Below the pieces are notes generated by a model. That model was not told where the DNA came from. It made no database searches and saw nothing but the letters and a program-made list of their open reading frames with translations. From Thermoproteus tenax Kra 1 (GTDB lineage Archaea > Thermoproteota > Thermoprotei > Thermoproteales > Thermoproteaceae), in NCBI RefSeq assembly GCF_000253055.1, contig NC_016070.1, positions 840,001 through 872,000 of the forward strand: a DNA stretch of 32,000 bases, in the 5' to 3' direction. This document shows positions 24,069-32,000 of the stretch, in pieces; position 1 is the first letter of the stretch; the number at the start of each line of letters is the position of its first letter. The position numbers and the translations under genes are program-made.

Positions 24069-24884
24069 TTATTTTTTATGTTTATTCTCTAAAATACCAG
24101 CTTTTATATAATATTCGTTGCCATAACCCTGGAGTTCCAATAACTCATAAAGGGAATGGACGGCCGAGAGCACCACGGCGCCCGATTTGCCCGCTGAGGC
24201 GTTTACTGCATATCGCAAGTCCTTGCCTGCATGTTTAAGTGCGAACGTGCCCTCGCCCTCCGACAACATTCTGTCGATATAGACGGATCCTATCTCCTTG
24301 AACACCGTCTGGGACAACAGATCTTTGAACACAGTCGCCGGTATTCCGTAGGCGACGGCCAGCGATAAGGCCTCGCCTAAGACGGCCACAGTGCCTATCA
24401 GTAGGGAGTTGTAGGCCAGTTTCAGAGCCACCGCTTTTTCCAACTCGCCAACAAGGACCACTTTGCCGAGGGAGAACATAACAGACGTATATTTATCCAA
24501 CAGCGTCCTTTCGCCGCCGAGGAGGTAGATGGCATCCCCCCGCTCGACGTTCCCGGGGCCTCCCACTATAGGCGAGGCGAAGGCGGGTATCCCTCTAGAT
24601 CTCAGCCTCCGCACGGCCTCTACAGCGCCGTTGACTGAGTAAGTCCCCATCAAGGCCGCCGCCTCGCCCCCTATCTGTTCGACTATTCCCATTAGGGCCT
24701 CATCATCTGCGACGAAGATCGCCACGAGCCCTCGGGCGTCTGAGAGTCCCTCAATAGCTGTGGCGGGCAGTCCGGAGAGCTTCTCTCTAGTCCTATTCCA
24801 AGCGTATACTTTGTGGCCCAAGGCCGCAGCCCTTTTGACGAAGGCGGAGCCCATCCTGCCGGTCCCTACTACCGTGATCTCCAT
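24069..24884 (-). CDS. NAD(P)-dependent beta-hydroxyacid dehydrogenase family oxidoreductase (3-hydroxyisobutyrate/6-phosphogluconate dehydrogenase-like)
   Basis: It has an N-terminal Rossmann VVGTGRMGSAFVKR....GHKVYAWNRT. Length and helical C-domain are typical of the family. Confidence 0.8.
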   Translation of the reverse strand: MEITVVGTGRMGSAFVKRAAALGHKVYAWNRTREKLSGLPATAIEGLSDARGLVAIFVADDEALMGIVEQIGGEAAALMGTYSVNGAVEAVRRLRSRGIPAFASPIVGGPGNVERGDAIYLLGGERTLLDKYTSVMFSLGKVVLVGELEKAVALKLAYNSLLIGTVAVLGEALSLAVAYGIPATVFKDLLSQTVFKEIGSVYIDRMLSEGEGTFALKHAGKDLRYAVNASAGKSGAVVLSAVHSLYELLELQGYGNEYYIKAGILENKHKK

Positions 24885-24916
24885 GAAAAGATTGTAATAA
24901 CGGTTTTTATCTCATT

Positions 24917-25954
24917 GTGGCTAGGGTCTTGTCAGTCGATCCTCTGAGGCCTGACGTGGAGAAGATAAGGATAGCGGCCTCGGCTATACGGAGAGGGGAG
25001 CTTGTGGCGTTTCCAACGGAGACAGTATACGGGTTGGGGGCCGACGCGTTCAACGCCAAGGCCTCCCGGCTCATATTCGAGGCCAAGGGAAGGCCCGCGG
25101 ACAATCCGCTCATAGTCCATGTGGCCTCCTACGATCAAGCCGCCTCACTGGGCGAGTTCCCCGAGGAGATTGCCGAGATTGCCAGGAGGGTGTGGCCCGG
25201 CCCCATAACCTTCGTGGTCAAGAAGAGGGCGCCCCTGCCAGACGTGGTGACGGCAGGTCTTCCCACTGTTGCGCTGAGGTGTCCGGCCCACCCAGTCGCG
25301 CTCAAGCTCATAGAGGAGTCGGGGGTGCCGATAGCTGCGCCGAGCGCCAACAAGGCGGGCCGGCCCAGCCCAACTGAAGCGTCGCACGTCCTTGAAGACT
25401 TAGGCGACAAAGTCCACATAATTTTAGACGCCGGAAGGACGTTCTTCGGCGTTGAGTCGACGATAATAGATGTGACTAAGAGGCCGCCGGTCTTGCTTAG
25501 GCCGGGTCCCTTCACGTTGGAGGAGCTTAGGTCTATCTTCGGAGAGATAAAGGTGCCTGAGTTCGCGCGAGGTCTGGGGGAGGCCGACGTGGCCTTGGCC
25601 CCCGGGATGAAGTACAGACACTATGCCCCCGAGACTCCCCTAGTCGTAGTAGACTTTGACTTGTCGGCTGCAGTGAGAGAGGCGCACAGACGGGGCTTGA
25701 GAGTGGCCGTGCTGTGTATAATGGACAAATGCGCAGAGGGGGATGCAGTTGTGAAACTAGGCAGCGACCTCTATGAAGTTGCCAGAAACCTCTACGACGG
25801 GCTGAGGAGGGTGGACAAACTCGGCGTGGACCTCGCCTTGAGCCCAGCCGTAGAGGAGCGCGGCATAGGCCTGGCCATTATGAACAGGCTCCGCAAGGCT
25901 GCGGGCTTTAAGGTGGCTAAGACGTTAAATGAGCTCCTAGATTTTATCGGATGA
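24917..25954 (+). CDS. sua5: L-threonylcarbamoyladenylate synthase, Sua5/YwlC type (YrdC + Sua5 domains)
   Basis: Motifs present: FPTETVYGLGADAFN, KGRPADNPLIVHV, SANKAGRPSPT, plus the C-terminal Sua5 domain. At 345 aa the size fits. Confidence 0.92.
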   Translation: MARVLSVDPLRPDVEKIRIAASAIRRGELVAFPTETVYGLGADAFNAKASRLIFEAKGRPADNPLIVHVASYDQAASLGEFPEEIAEIARRVWPGPITFVVKKRAPLPDVVTAGLPTVALRCPAHPVALKLIEESGVPIAAPSANKAGRPSPTEASHVLEDLGDKVHIILDAGRTFFGVESTIIDVTKRPPVLLRPGPFTLEELRSIFGEIKVPEFARGLGEADVALAPGMKYRHYAPETPLVVVDFDLSAAVREAHRRGLRVAVLCIMDKCAEGDAVVKLGSDLYEVARNLYDGLRRVDKLGVDLALSPAVEERGIGLAIMNRLRKAAGFKVAKTLNELLDFIG

Positions 25955-26721
25955 CTTGGATCGAGGACTTCTTCGACGAGATCTATAGGGACTTTATGGA
26001 GCACTACAGAGGGCCGGAGGCAAGCTACAAAGAGGCGCAGTTCCTCATCAGAAAGTTGGGGATCGAGCCGGGCAAGCTATTTCTTGACGCAGCATGCGGA
26101 CATGGCAGACACCTAAGGTATATGCCCGAGGGGACTGTCGTTGGCCTTGATATAAATCTAAAGTACCTCAAAGAGGCTAAGAAGTACGCCGACGTTGTGG
26201 CGGCCGACCTAAGGCTACCGCCGTTCAGGAGAAGGGCGTTCTCCGGGATCTATATAATGCACAGCTCCATAGGGATGTTCGGCGACGAGGAGGACGTCGA
26301 GATACTCATGTGGCTCTCAGGCACTATAAAACCGGGAGGCGTCATGGCGCTTGATCTGGCCAACAAGGTGAAGATCGACAGAGCTTACGCCGCGTTAGGC
26401 GACTCTTGGAACTTCTGGATATCTGCGGGGCCGTACCGAATTTTATCTACGGCGACCTATAACCCCCTCGTTGGAAGGATCAAAGAGCGGAGGATCATAT
26501 ATAGGTCCGGGGAATATCTGGGGACAAAGACGCTGGAGCTCAGACTCTACTCCCCCAGCGAGGTGAATCTGATGTTGCGCAGCATCGGTATGACGATCCG
26601 AGAGGTTTACGGCGATTTCGACGGTTCTCCATTTTCGGAGGTATCGGATAGATACATAGTGATAGCGGTCAAGACAGGCGGTGTGCCCGAGGCTCTGAAG
26701 GCGGCAGCCAGTTGGGCTTAG
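25951..26721 (+). CDS. Class I SAM-dependent methyltransferase
   Basis: Motif I is FLDAACGHGRH. An ATGA overlap joins it to the sua5 stop. Confidence 0.8.
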   Translation: MTWIEDFFDEIYRDFMEHYRGPEASYKEAQFLIRKLGIEPGKLFLDAACGHGRHLRYMPEGTVVGLDINLKYLKEAKKYADVVAADLRLPPFRRRAFSGIYIMHSSIGMFGDEEDVEILMWLSGTIKPGGVMALDLANKVKIDRAYAALGDSWNFWISAGPYRILSTATYNPLVGRIKERRIIYRSGEYLGTKTLELRLYSPSEVNLMLRSIGMTIREVYGDFDGSPFSEVSDRYIVIAVKTGGVPEALKAAASWA

Positions 26722-26940
26722 GTGAACCGTCTATCCCTAGGCGCCCACCGCTGATTGCAGCCGGCCGCTCGTGCCCAGGCGCTTCCTCCTCGCCCGCGCC
26801 TTCGCTGACAGCCCGGCTGCCTCCGGCGCGGGGCCATCGGGCATGGGGGCAACGGCCCTTTTCCAGAGGCAGGCCCGATCGGGCCGCTCGTGGGACGCCG
26901 CCCCTCGCCGCTGTAGATACACGCGTTTAAGCCCTCCGCC
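26722..26940 (-). repeat. GC-rich repeat unit C (3' stem-loop module of the family; promoter module unclear)
   Basis: Positions 26785-26850 align ungapped with 13345-13410 at 48 of 66 positions by my hand count. A nested stem-loop has identical geometry in both copies. A TTTAAGCC box at 26926-26933 reads in the opposite orientation to units A and B. Confidence 0.5.
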
Positions 26941-27104
26941 TGCGCCAGAACAGAATTTTCTCAACGCCTCGGGTCGCCGGTCCCTAAGGAGCTCGCGGTG
27001 CGCCTGGGTTGTTCAGCGTAGCTTGGACACCCTCAGACCCCTCGGACGAAGCCAGTGTAGCAAAAGAGGAGCCACAGCTATAAAGGCCGGTATACTGTGT
27101 CTCA

Positions 27105-27971
27105 ATGAGGCTCTATTATTTCAAAAACGCCGAAGATCTAGCCAAGGCCATATCGGCGCGTTTAGGCATTGACGCAAGACAGATAGAGGAGAGGGATTTT
27201 CCAGACGGCGAAGTTCTGGTCAGAGTGGAGCCTGCGAGGGAGGTAGCGCTTATCGCCAGGCTTTATCCGGACGTTAATAAGAATCTAGTGAAGCTCTACT
27301 TGGCGCTAGATGCTCTGACAGACTATGGGGCCGAGCGCATAGTCTTGGTAGCGCCCTATCTCCCCTACGCGAGACAAGATAGAAGGTTTAGAGAGGGCGA
27401 GCCCATAAGCTCTAAGACTGTGCTGAGCCATCTCAAGCTATACCCTGTCACCCACGTTGTGACAGTAGATCTACACAAGGCCTATATATCTGACTACGTC
27501 GGAGGCATCAGGTTCATCAATATATATCCCTCCTCTCAATTCGCCGAGGTTTTAAGGAGGTGGAATGTCTCACATGTGTTGAGCCCCGACGCGGGATCTC
27601 TGGGCAGAGCTGAGGCGTTGGCGAAGGCCCTGGGGGCTTCCTACGACTATTTCGAGAAGTTTAGAGATAGGGAGACAGGCGAGATATATATGAGACCCAG
27701 AGAGGGGACCAGCTTGCAGGGCAAGGCCGTGGCGATTGTAGACGACATATTGGCGACTGGAGGAACTCTCGTGGACGCCTGCAAGAACGCGAGGATGTTG
27801 GGCGCCTCGGCGGTGTACGCGGCGGTCACCCACTGCATGTTGTTGGGCAACGCCAGAGAGAAGATCAAGGGATGCATCAGCGCATTGTATTGCACCAACA
27901 CAATCCCCTGCGAGTACTCGAGCGTTGATATAGCGAGACCTCTCGCCGAGGCCCTCGCCTCTATCTTGTAG
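27105..27971 (+). CDS. prs: Ribose-phosphate pyrophosphokinase
   Basis: It has FPDGE near the N-terminus, PYLPYARQDR, and the PRPP loop AIVDDILATGGT. The TATA box GCTATAAAGG lies about 25 nt upstream. Confidence 0.92.
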   Translation: MRLYYFKNAEDLAKAISARLGIDARQIEERDFPDGEVLVRVEPAREVALIARLYPDVNKNLVKLYLALDALTDYGAERIVLVAPYLPYARQDRRFREGEPISSKTVLSHLKLYPVTHVVTVDLHKAYISDYVGGIRFINIYPSSQFAEVLRRWNVSHVLSPDAGSLGRAEALAKALGASYDYFEKFRDRETGEIYMRPREGTSLQGKAVAIVDDILATGGTLVDACKNARMLGASAVYAAVTHCMLLGNAREKIKGCISALYCTNTIPCEYSSVDIARPLAEALASIL

Positions 27972-27973
27972 AG

Positions 27974-28984
27974 CTAGAGAGCCCAAAACTTGGAGTGGAT
28001 TCTCCTTATGTCTTCCAACGTCTTGTTCAACTTGCCCCACGCGTAGTGGTCGCTCTCGCTGGACTCCTCGGGCGCCTTCGCGTCCTGGCCGGTCAACAGC
28101 TCGACCACCATCTTGGAGCCCCTCTTTATTACATCATAGTTGTAGCCCCCCTCTAGGAGAACCACTAGCGGCACGTTGAGAGACGCGAGGGCCCTCAACG
28201 CATATTCATAGCCGGCAAGGGTCAGCCCCATATCGGCCAAAGGGTCGTCTCTATGCGCGTCCCATCCCAACGACACGATTATCCTTCTGGGGCCGTACTG
28301 GCGCAAAATGGGCACCACTACCTCATCCAATATCTTCTTGAATCCATCGTCTCCGAGCCCAGGCGGCATGGGCACATTCACGTTGTATCCCTCGCCGCGA
28401 CCCCTCCCGACCTCATCGGGGAAGCCTGTGCCTGGATATAACGTCAATGGATCTTGGTGCGTGGACACGTACAGTATGTCTCTGTCGTATAATATTTCCT
28501 GGGTGCCGTTTCCGTGGTGTACATCTATATCCACCACTGCGACGCCTTCGGCGTAAATGGCCCCCGAGGCGGCTGTGTTGAATATACAGAAGCCTTGTGT
28601 AGGAGCTGTCAGAGCTCTGCCTGCCTTACCGGCGTGGTGGCCGGGCGGCCTCGCCAAGATATATGCGTGTTCCCCGGAATCGATAGCATCTAACATGGCC
28701 GCCACGGCCAAGATAGCCGCATCGCAAGTCTTTGGAGATACCCAAGTATCGCCGTCGAGCTCAGTGAGGGCGCCTACGTTACATAAGTCCTTGATATAGT
28801 TTATATAACTTCTCTCGTGGACTCGCTCCAAGACGTCCAATACGTCTTCCCTCATGTTGGGCCGTGTCGGCGTTATGCCCCCTTGGAGAACTCCGTCTAA
28901 GGCGTAGTCCAGACGCCTCGGGCTCTCGGGGTGACCTGAGGCAACTTGGTGCTCCTTGAAAATGTCGCTGTAGTAGACCCGCAT
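27974..28984 (-). CDS. Histone deacetylase-family amidohydrolase (AcuC/acetylpolyamine amidohydrolase-like)
   Basis: Motifs present: RPPGHHA, DIDVHHGNGTQ, and a LEGGYN-type C-terminal motif (LLEGGYNYD). Confidence 0.9.
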   Translation of the reverse strand: MRVYYSDIFKEHQVASGHPESPRRLDYALDGVLQGGITPTRPNMREDVLDVLERVHERSYINYIKDLCNVGALTELDGDTWVSPKTCDAAILAVAAMLDAIDSGEHAYILARPPGHHAGKAGRALTAPTQGFCIFNTAASGAIYAEGVAVVDIDVHHGNGTQEILYDRDILYVSTHQDPLTLYPGTGFPDEVGRGRGEGYNVNVPMPPGLGDDGFKKILDEVVVPILRQYGPRRIIVSLGWDAHRDDPLADMGLTLAGYEYALRALASLNVPLVVLLEGGYNYDVIKRGSKMVVELLTGQDAKAPEESSESDHYAWGKLNKTLEDIRRIHSKFWAL

Positions 28985-29040
28985 AGTCTACTTTACTACA
29001 ATAAAATAAAAGCGAGGAGCTTTTAAGGCGACATAATGAC

Positions 29041-29229
29041 ATGCTGTTGAAAAAGAGGAAGACTGAGGAGGAAGACGAGGAGGATCTCGAGAGGCTCCTA
29101 AGAGATGAGGGCGGCGACGATGAGGATGAGGGAGAGAAGTTCCTCAAAGTGAAGATAGAGGTCGAGGGGCTCAAGGAGTTGGTGCAGGCGGTCGAAGAGC
29201 TCGTGGAAGCCATAAGGTCTAAAAAGTAG
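29041..29229 (+). CDS. Small highly acidic hypothetical protein (62 aa) preceding the riboflavin genes
   Basis: The sequence is MLLKKRKTEEEDEEDLERLLRDEGGDDEDEGEKF...; the AGCTTTTAAGGCG box lies about 20 nt upstream. It is low complexity, so coding status is uncertain. Confidence 0.4.
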   Translation: MLLKKRKTEEEDEEDLERLLRDEGGDDEDEGEKFLKVKIEVEGLKELVQAVEELVEAIRSKK

Positions 29230-29244
29230 GAGAGAACCCTCTGT

Positions 29245-29931
29245 ATGGACTGCGTAATACCAATGGGCTCTTTTGAGCAACACGGCCCCTTTCTACCTCC
29301 AACTGTCGACACAGAGATAGCGACCCATGTGGCGAAGAGGATAGGGGGAAGCCTGGGGGCCAGAGTCCTAGAGCCAGTGTGGTATAGTTGTAGCCACGAG
29401 CACATAGATTTCCCGCCCACGATATCAGTCCCATGTGAGACCTTCGCTGACTACGCAAAGGCCGTGATAAAGGGCGCGCTGAAGTGGTGCGAGAGAGTCC
29501 TAGTGGTGGCGGGACACGGCGGCATAGCCGATATAGGCAACGCTGTAGCATCCCAGTTGAACTACGAGCTGGGTCCTCGAGTCCTCTGGATAAATATTTG
29601 GTCGTTGGCGCCCGTGAGGGACCACGCAGGCTCGGACGAAGCAAGTATATATCTGGCCATAGGGGGGAGAATGACGGCGGTGCCTGACAAGAGGATCTGC
29701 GAGGGGGACGTTCATTTGATGAGGTATCTTAGGACGTCGTGGATGTCGAAGAGCGGAATTGTAGGCTGCATAGACCCCGCCGAGATCTCAGAGGAGAGGG
29801 GAAGGTCATTGCTGGAAACTATAGTTTACAAGGCGCTTGAGAAGGCGAACACTTTTTTAACGGCAACTCGGGAAATTGGCGGTGCACAGCATAATGCAAC
29901 TCAAGTTGATCGGGTACAGAGAGTGGACTGA
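29245..29931 (+). CDS. arfB: Creatininase-family amidohydrolase, probably the riboflavin-pathway formamide hydrolase
   Basis: Creatininase-family motifs are present: PMGSFEQHGPFLPPTVDT, VVAGHGG, DHAGSDEAS. The assignment to ArfB rests on its position directly upstream of GTP cyclohydrolase III. Confidence 0.7.
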   Translation: MDCVIPMGSFEQHGPFLPPTVDTEIATHVAKRIGGSLGARVLEPVWYSCSHEHIDFPPTISVPCETFADYAKAVIKGALKWCERVLVVAGHGGIADIGNAVASQLNYELGPRVLWINIWSLAPVRDHAGSDEASIYLAIGGRMTAVPDKRICEGDVHLMRYLRTSWMSKSGIVGCIDPAEISEERGRSLLETIVYKALEKANTFLTATREIGGAQHNATQVDRVQRVD

Positions 29932-30544
29932 GACTCTCGGCTTCAGAAGGGAGCACATAATTCAGCAGACGCAAGCGGAGTTACACAAGAGGATATGGGC
30001 TGAGTTTACATCGCTGGATGCTCTGCCGCATCAGATGAGGTACGACTACGCCATGGTCTACTCCAACAACGTGCCTGCGGAGTCTCTCATTGCGAAGGTT
30101 AAGTCGATCCAGGAGGCGGCGCCAGTGCCCGTGGACTACTGTATAGGCAGAGGGAGGACTCCGCTTGAGGCTTACGAGCGTTGCGGCGATGGATCTACAG
30201 AGGGCGGGCCGGCCGTGGTGGGGCATTTGGATATTGTCAATAGCACGAGACAGACCGAGAAGCGCGGCTCCTACGATATCTATATTGTCGTTGGAGATCT
30301 ATTGAACAAGATAAACTCAATATGCAGAGGTCTGGGCTGTCTCTCCTTCTATTTGGGAGGCGACAATATAATGATATTCCTCCCAGATGTAGAGGCAGGG
30401 TTCCAGATATATGACCAAGTGTATATCGACGTGAGGCTAGGGATCGGAATAGCCGAGAGGCCCTATCAAGCCTTCACTAAGGCGACGGAGGCCTTGGACT
30501 CGATGCGGAGGGATAACGTTGTCGGCGTGAGGATCCTAAGATGA
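29894..30544 (+). CDS. arfA: GTP cyclohydrolase III (GGDN family)
   Basis: It has IGYREWTETLGFRRE (compare the DNYGPWT motif) and FYLGGDNIMIFLP (GGDN). I prefer ATG 29894 over the TTG 29876 in the ORF track. It overlaps the arfB 3' end by 38 nt. Confidence 0.8.
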   Translation: MQLKLIGYREWTETLGFRREHIIQQTQAELHKRIWAEFTSLDALPHQMRYDYAMVYSNNVPAESLIAKVKSIQEAAPVPVDYCIGRGRTPLEAYERCGDGSTEGGPAVVGHLDIVNSTRQTEKRGSYDIYIVVGDLLNKINSICRGLGCLSFYLGGDNIMIFLPDVEAGFQIYDQVYIDVRLGIGIAERPYQAFTKATEALDSMRRDNVVGVRILR

Positions 30545-31194
30545 GGCCATATGTCTATCTAGTGGCGGCGGTTACTATTGACGGAAGGATAGCTAGCAAG
30601 ACCGGCTACTCCAAGCTATCTTGCCCCATAGATCTGAGGAGACTACACGAGCTCAGGGGTAGGGTTGATGCAGTGATGGTGGGGGCTGGCACAGTCAGAG
30701 TAGACAACCCGCGGCTCACAGTCAGATACGCTCAGGGCAAGAACCCTGTCAGAGTCGTCGTCGACGGAGCCTTGTCGCTCTCCCCTGAGATGAGGGTCTT
30801 CGACAACTCTGCGCCGACTATACTCTTGACGACCGAGAGGGCTCCTCAAGAGAAGGTCGACGTCTTCGCTAGAAAGGGCGTCAGAGTGGTACAGTTCCCG
30901 GGCGACTCAGTGCCGCTGAGGGAGGCCCTCGAGATGTTGTACAAGGAAGGAGTCAAGACGGTCCTAGTCGAGGGAGGCGGCCACGTGAACTGGCAGATCC
31001 TAAGCCAGTGTCTCGCGGACGAGCTCATTATAACTGTGACTCCCTACGCCTTTGGCGCCGGAACTTCGCTTCTTGAGGGACAAGGCTACGCTGATACTGA
31101 GTCGGCCCCGTTCAAGCTGAGGCTGATATCGGCTGAGGTGTGCGAGTGCGGGCAGGAGGTCGTCCTAAGGTATAAGGTTGAGTGTAAACATTAG
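30541..31194 (+). CDS. arfC: 2,5-diamino-6-ribosylamino-4(3H)-pyrimidinone 5'-phosphate reductase (RibD C-terminal domain type)
   Basis: VAAVTIDGRIA...D...LHELRG..DAVMVGAGTVRVDNPRLT and VLVEGGG are typical of RibD_C reductases. An ATGA overlap joins it to arfA. Confidence 0.85.
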   Translation: MRPYVYLVAAVTIDGRIASKTGYSKLSCPIDLRRLHELRGRVDAVMVGAGTVRVDNPRLTVRYAQGKNPVRVVVDGALSLSPEMRVFDNSAPTILLTTERAPQEKVDVFARKGVRVVQFPGDSVPLREALEMLYKEGVKTVLVEGGGHVNWQILSQCLADELIITVTPYAFGAGTSLLEGQGYADTESAPFKLRLISAEVCECGQEVVLRYKVECKH

Positions 31195-31233
31195 TTTACA
31201 CAAAAAATTTATTTGAATAAACTGAGGTTGATA

Positions 31234-31884
31234 ATGCATCGGCTTGAGAGAGCCTTGGAGTATTTAAGGGCTGGCAAACCCGTCCTAGTATACGACGGAG
31301 ACGACAGAGAGGCTGAGGCGGATTTCGTTGTTCCGGCCAAGTCAGTTACGCCGAACTTGGTGAGGTGGCTCAGAATAAATGCCGGCGGGCTCCTATGTTT
31401 CGCCACTACTGAGGAAATAGCGAGGGCTCTAGGTCTCTCGTTTTTGTCCGAATATTATTCCAAACTGGGCCTCTCAACTCGCCCCAGATATGGAGACGAC
31501 CCGGCCTTTATGGGGTATGTGAACCACAAAAAGACGTTCACAGGCGTGAGGGACTCAGACAAGGCTCTGACTATAAAGGAGCTTGCCCATATAGCCGAGC
31601 TTGCGCTTAAAGATCCCTCGCTAGCTAGAGAGGAGTTCCTATCTAACTTCTACGCGCCCGGTCATGTGCCCATACTGGGGGCGCGCCTGGGGCGCAGATG
31701 GGGCCACACAGAGCTGTCTATGATCTTGGCCAAGGCAGCGGGGTTGCCGCCGGCGGTCGCGATAATAGAGGTATTGGGGCCGAGCACAGAGGCCATGACC
31801 TATCAAGAGGTGAGCGAGTTGGCCGAGACTCTCGGAGTCCCGCTCCTGCGTGGAGAGGACCTAAAGGCCTTTGCGCAGTTTTAG
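31234..31884 (+). CDS. ribB: 3,4-dihydroxy-2-butanone 4-phosphate synthase
   Basis: Motifs present: GKPVLVYDGDDREAEADFV, GGLLC, GHTELS. I prefer ATG 31234 over the TTG 31213 in the ORF track. Confidence 0.88.
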   Translation: MHRLERALEYLRAGKPVLVYDGDDREAEADFVVPAKSVTPNLVRWLRINAGGLLCFATTEEIARALGLSFLSEYYSKLGLSTRPRYGDDPAFMGYVNHKKTFTGVRDSDKALTIKELAHIAELALKDPSLAREEFLSNFYAPGHVPILGARLGRRWGHTELSMILAKAAGLPPAVAIIEVLGPSTEAMTYQEVSELAETLGVPLLRGEDLKAFAQF

Positions 31885-32000
31885 AACTATCTTGGCGTTC
31901 TGCGCATCTCTCACAAACTTGGCCACATAGGGCGCTAGGCGGTCTATCTCCCTTCTGGGAACTGTGTTCCAGGTGGGGCACGTCTTGTCAACGTAGACCT
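31861..32000 (-). CDS. 3' end (46 codons) of a gene that starts beyond the right window edge
   Basis: The minus-strand frame is open from nt 31998 to the TAG at 31863-31861: VYVDKTCPTWNTVPRREIDRLAPYVAKFVRDAQNAKIVLKLRKGL. The other two minus frames have stops. It is convergent with ribB and overlaps it by 24 nt. It is absent from the ORF track because it has no in-window start. Confidence 0.4.
   Translation of the reverse strand, partial: VYVDKTCPTWNTVPRREIDRLAPYVAKFVRDAQNAKIVLKLRKGL

Noticed and set aside
28779-29420. A 213-aa minus-strand ORF with long poly-Ser tracts spans the HDAC/acidic-ORF/arfB region.
   Set aside because: Its low-complexity Ser-rich sequence is simply the reverse complement of the GAG/GAA-rich acidic ORF. 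It overlaps two better-supported genes and a promoter region.
1-32000. I looked across the window for tRNA genes, rRNA genes, CRISPR arrays and IS elements.
   Set aside because: I saw no GTTC(G/A)AATC-type T-arm, no regularly spaced direct repeats, and no transposase- or integrase-like ORF. A tRNAscan, Rfam or CRISPR-finder run is still advisable because this was done by eye.

Overview
The window looks like chromosomal DNA from a hyperthermophilic crenarchaeon of the Thermoproteales type (Pyrobaculum/Thermoproteus-like). This is an inference from three things: G+C-rich coding DNA, TATA-like boxes about 20-27 nt upstream of many start codons (leaderless style), and frequent ATGA/GTGA/TAATG start-stop overlaps. 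The SIS-domain isomerase also closely resembles the P. aerophilum PGI/PMI as I remember it. About 40 genes are supportable. Most are housekeeping: upp, M50 and M1 peptidases, PhoH-KH ATPase, PGI/PMI, XPB-like helicase, ferredoxin, Sir2/cobB, sugar nucleotidyltransferase, gltX, DUF354, AK6/Fap7, asnS, Sua5, a methyltransferase, prs, an HDAC-like amidohydrolase, and an archaeal riboflavin cluster arfB-arfA-arfC-ribB. I found no tRNA, rRNA, CRISPR array or recognisable transposase. Five things are not explained by ordinary genes. (1) A dispersed repeat family. A roughly 20-nt palindrome (CCCCGCCC-TTTA-GGGCGGGG) occurs six times. Three to four G+C-rich intergenic units of 180-560 nt (2955-3170, 13312-13876, 21441-21826, 26722-26940) share a promoter-like 5' module and/or a 3' stem-loop module. 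The stem-loop shows compensatory base changes between copies, so I favour a structured-RNA or mobile-promoter element over protein genes. This is my best candidate for something undescribed. (2) A very AT-rich 0.8-kb island (11312-12130) tiled by three overlapping small hydrophobic ORFs. (3) A six-gene, translationally coupled minus-strand operon (17476-14006). It has a PUA-like/PP-loop (PAPS-reductase-like)/2x[4Fe-4S] protein followed by five small proteins, four without recognisable families and one with DUF309. An inverted repeat straddles its TATA box. (4) gltX is interrupted by a frameshift and runs without a stop codon into the DUF354 gene. (5) Several smaller oddities: a degenerate acylphosphatase, an XPB with a long N-terminal extension and an AT-rich insert, and a shared bidirectional TATA box. 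All calls come from reading the sequence and from motif memory. No searches were run.
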